From Eledone cirrhosa (lineage: Eukaryota): 64,000 nucleotides of DNA. The number at the start of each line of letters is the position of its first letter. The stretch's first letter is position 1. The stretch spans positions 385,330,001 through 385,394,000 of the forward strand of contig OZ024741.1 of the NCBI GenBank assembly GCA_964016885.1. The letters are read 5' to 3'. Positions 61,762-64,000 of the stretch are shown piece after piece. The notes under the pieces were generated by a model. That model ran no database searches. It worked only from the letters and a program-made list of their open reading frames with translations, and was not told the origin of the DNA. A program made the translations under genes and the position numbers.

Positions 61762-63860
61762 TGTTTTTACATCCACTTTTCCATGCTTGCATGGGTTGGA
61801 CAGGTCCTTCTCAGCACAGCATCTCTCCACTTGTCGTGTTCCTTCATCATCTCCTCTGCTAATCTTAGTGATTTGAGGTCAGCTCTCACAACCTCTACCC
61901 AGGTCTTTCTTGGTCGTCCTCTACTGCAACTTGCTTCCACTAGTATTTCTTGGCATTTCTTCACCCATCAGTCATTATCCATGTGCATCAGATGTCCATA
62001 CCAATGCAGTCTTCTCTCCTGCACACCATTTCGGATTCCTCTTATACCCAGCTTCTCCCTCAGTTCATCCAAGCTCTGATTTTCTCTCACATTTACATTG
62101 CACATCAAAGGAAGCATGATTTCTTCATTTCTCTCCAGTCTACGTATCTCCTCTGCAGTCACAGCCCATGTTTCATTACCATGCAGCATCGTGCACTGAA
62201 CATAGGCATCATATAGCCTTTCTTTTGTAGAGAGAAACCTTTTGTTGTCAGCAGTGGGAGTATTCCTCTAAACTTCTTCCATCCTATCCTTATTCTAGCT
62301 ATTATACTCTCAGCATACCCTCCCTGCTGCTAATTAGGTCACATAGATAGTAGAAGCCATCAACCATGTCTGTGGATCCTACTTGTGACTGGAAAAAGTT
62401 TATCTCATGAGCACTTTTTCTCGATATCTCCTGTGCATCTACATGCAAAGTTCTCCTTTTCTGTTAGTCTACTCATTATGCCACTACATCTTTTGTGTAC
62501 CCAAGAATTTTTTGTATGGAGTTTATGCCTACTCCTTTTCTGTATATTGAGCACAGCCACTTTCCTAAGGGAACATGGATCCTATCTTCTTTCCTACTCA
62601 CTAGCACTTTAGTTTTGGCTAAGTTTACTCTCAGATCTTTTGATTCCAAATTCAGTTTCCATAATCAGAATTTATTTTGCAGTTTTTTTGGGGGGTTTCA
62701 GCTATCAGGACCAAATCATCTGCATAGAGAAGTTCCCATGGGTAGCCCATTTTAAACACCTCTATTATGGCCTGGAGAACTATGATGAACAGCAGTGGGC
62801 TAAGAACTGAATCTTGATGAACTTCTACCTATACCTTGAATTCCTTGCTAAATTCATTTCTTTCTCTCGCTTTGCTGACAGCTCCTCTGAACACGACTTG
62901 CACTGCTCTCACCAACCATTCTTCTAAACCTAATTTCCTTAAGGACCACCAGCTAATAGATCGAGTTATGCTGTCAAAGGTCTTTTCTAGATCAACAAAA
63001 GCTAAATATAGTGGTTTATTTTTGGCTAGGAACTTCTCTTGCAGTTACCTCACTAAGAGGAGTGCCTCTGTAGTACTTTCCCAGAGATGAAACCAGACTG
63101 CATCTCATCTATTCTGACTCTTTCCCTAATTAGCTGTGCTATAACTCTTTCTGCCACTCTTTCTGGTCCATTAGTTTTATTCCTATATATTTGCTCCTTT
63201 CTAGAGTATCACTTTTGCCCTTGTAGCAATTTATGATTGTACTGCTGCACCAGTCATTGGATATGACTCCGTCATGTATTAATTGATATACTATACAGGT
63301 TACTAGTTTGATTCCTACCTCTCTCGATGCTTTTAGTATCTCAGCAACTATTTCTGATGGTCCCACAGCTTTACCCTTTTTCATCTGCTTGATTGCATCT
63401 TTGACCCTAAAACTATCAACTTCAATAGCTGGTTCTTCCTTTGGGTAAGTTGGAGGTAATTTCTCTTCCTCCCATCATTCTCTACATTCATCACTCTGTC
63501 ACAGTAACATTTCCAGGCCTCTTTCTTTTGGGCATCAGTGGCGCTAGGTGCACCAGCATCATTTCTAATATATTTTTCCCCAACAATGTCTCAATTCATA
63601 CTAACACACTGCCTTGTAATATGGAACACTTCATGTCTCTGATCCTCAATTCTCAAGACATTGACCAATTTACTTTCTTCAGCCACTCTCTGAGCTGTGT
63701 ATACTTGTCACCTAACTTCTTTCTTAGCTACTTGGTACTAGTCTCTGCTACCCCCCATTTTTCCAGTCTTCCCATGCCTGTCTCTTGGGTTTAATGGCTG
63801 TATCTACTGTGCTGTTCCACCACAAGGTTATTCTCTGTCTGGTTGGCACTTTACTACAGC
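61762..63860 (-). mobile_element. Decayed RTE-clade LINE (RT and C-terminus; endonuclease not in this segment)
   Basis: Minus-strand motifs WWNSTVDTAIK, MKKGKAVGPSEIVAE, AFVDLEKTFD, HQDSVLSPLLF, PWELLYADDLVLIA (~62700-62740), WVHKRCSGI, MLHGNETW, RRLHWYGHLM, RGRPRKTW. Confidence 0.93.
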
Positions 63861-63884
63861 TGTAAGTCTTGCCAGTAGTTCGCA

Positions 63885-64000
63885 ACGTTTAACGTCCATC
63901 TTCCACGTTTGCATGGGTTTGGACGGGAATTTTCCCACTTGAGGCAAGAGTGATTGTCTTGCTCGTATAGGACTGTCTGGCAGGTTTTCTACGGCTGGAT
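63885..64000 (-). mobile_element. 3' end of another RTE-tailed SINE, cut by the window edge
   Basis: 'gtttaacgtccatcttccacgtttgcatgggtttggacgg' resembles the tail at 61765-61802. 'tttctacggctggat' matches 60018-60032. Confidence 0.7.

Noticed and set aside
54883-63794. Remaining short ORFs (e.g. 54883, 55535, 58576, 59834, 60418, 60766, 61783-63090 +, 63441 +)
   Set aside because: They are antisense or off-frame shadows of the TE fragments, or chance ORFs with no recognisable motifs.

Overview
Eukaryotic, repeat-rich genomic DNA with no supportable host gene. The SINE and LINE families resemble those I recall from coleoid cephalopods (Octopus-like); that assignment is inference from remembered consensus sequences. 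About 331-1327 is an 11-bp minisatellite (TATTGACAGTG). About 1331-54489 is a ~53-kb compound satellite: a constant 14-bp core TTAAGGTGAC[A/T]GTG plus a variable (AG)n spacer, roughly 2,000 monomers by estimate. It has degenerate ends and nested higher-order structure: a ~1-kb sub-unit, a ~2.04-kb HOR, ~4.4-4.5-kb blocks, a ~6-kb triplication, and a ~10.7-kb duplication (offset ~17 kb) that copies the array's degenerate right border into its interior. The last 9.5 kb holds decayed mobile elements: tRNA-derived SINEs, an RTE 3' fragment fused to a SINE head, a mariner transposon and a 2.1-kb RTE LINE. It also holds a 5'-truncated Penelope-like element (RT + C-terminal GIY-YIG) with a candidate 10-bp TSD and an apparently intact type I hammerhead ribozyme in its 3' end. 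A second, decayed hammerhead lies at ~60330. All coordinates were read by eye; no alignments or searches were run.
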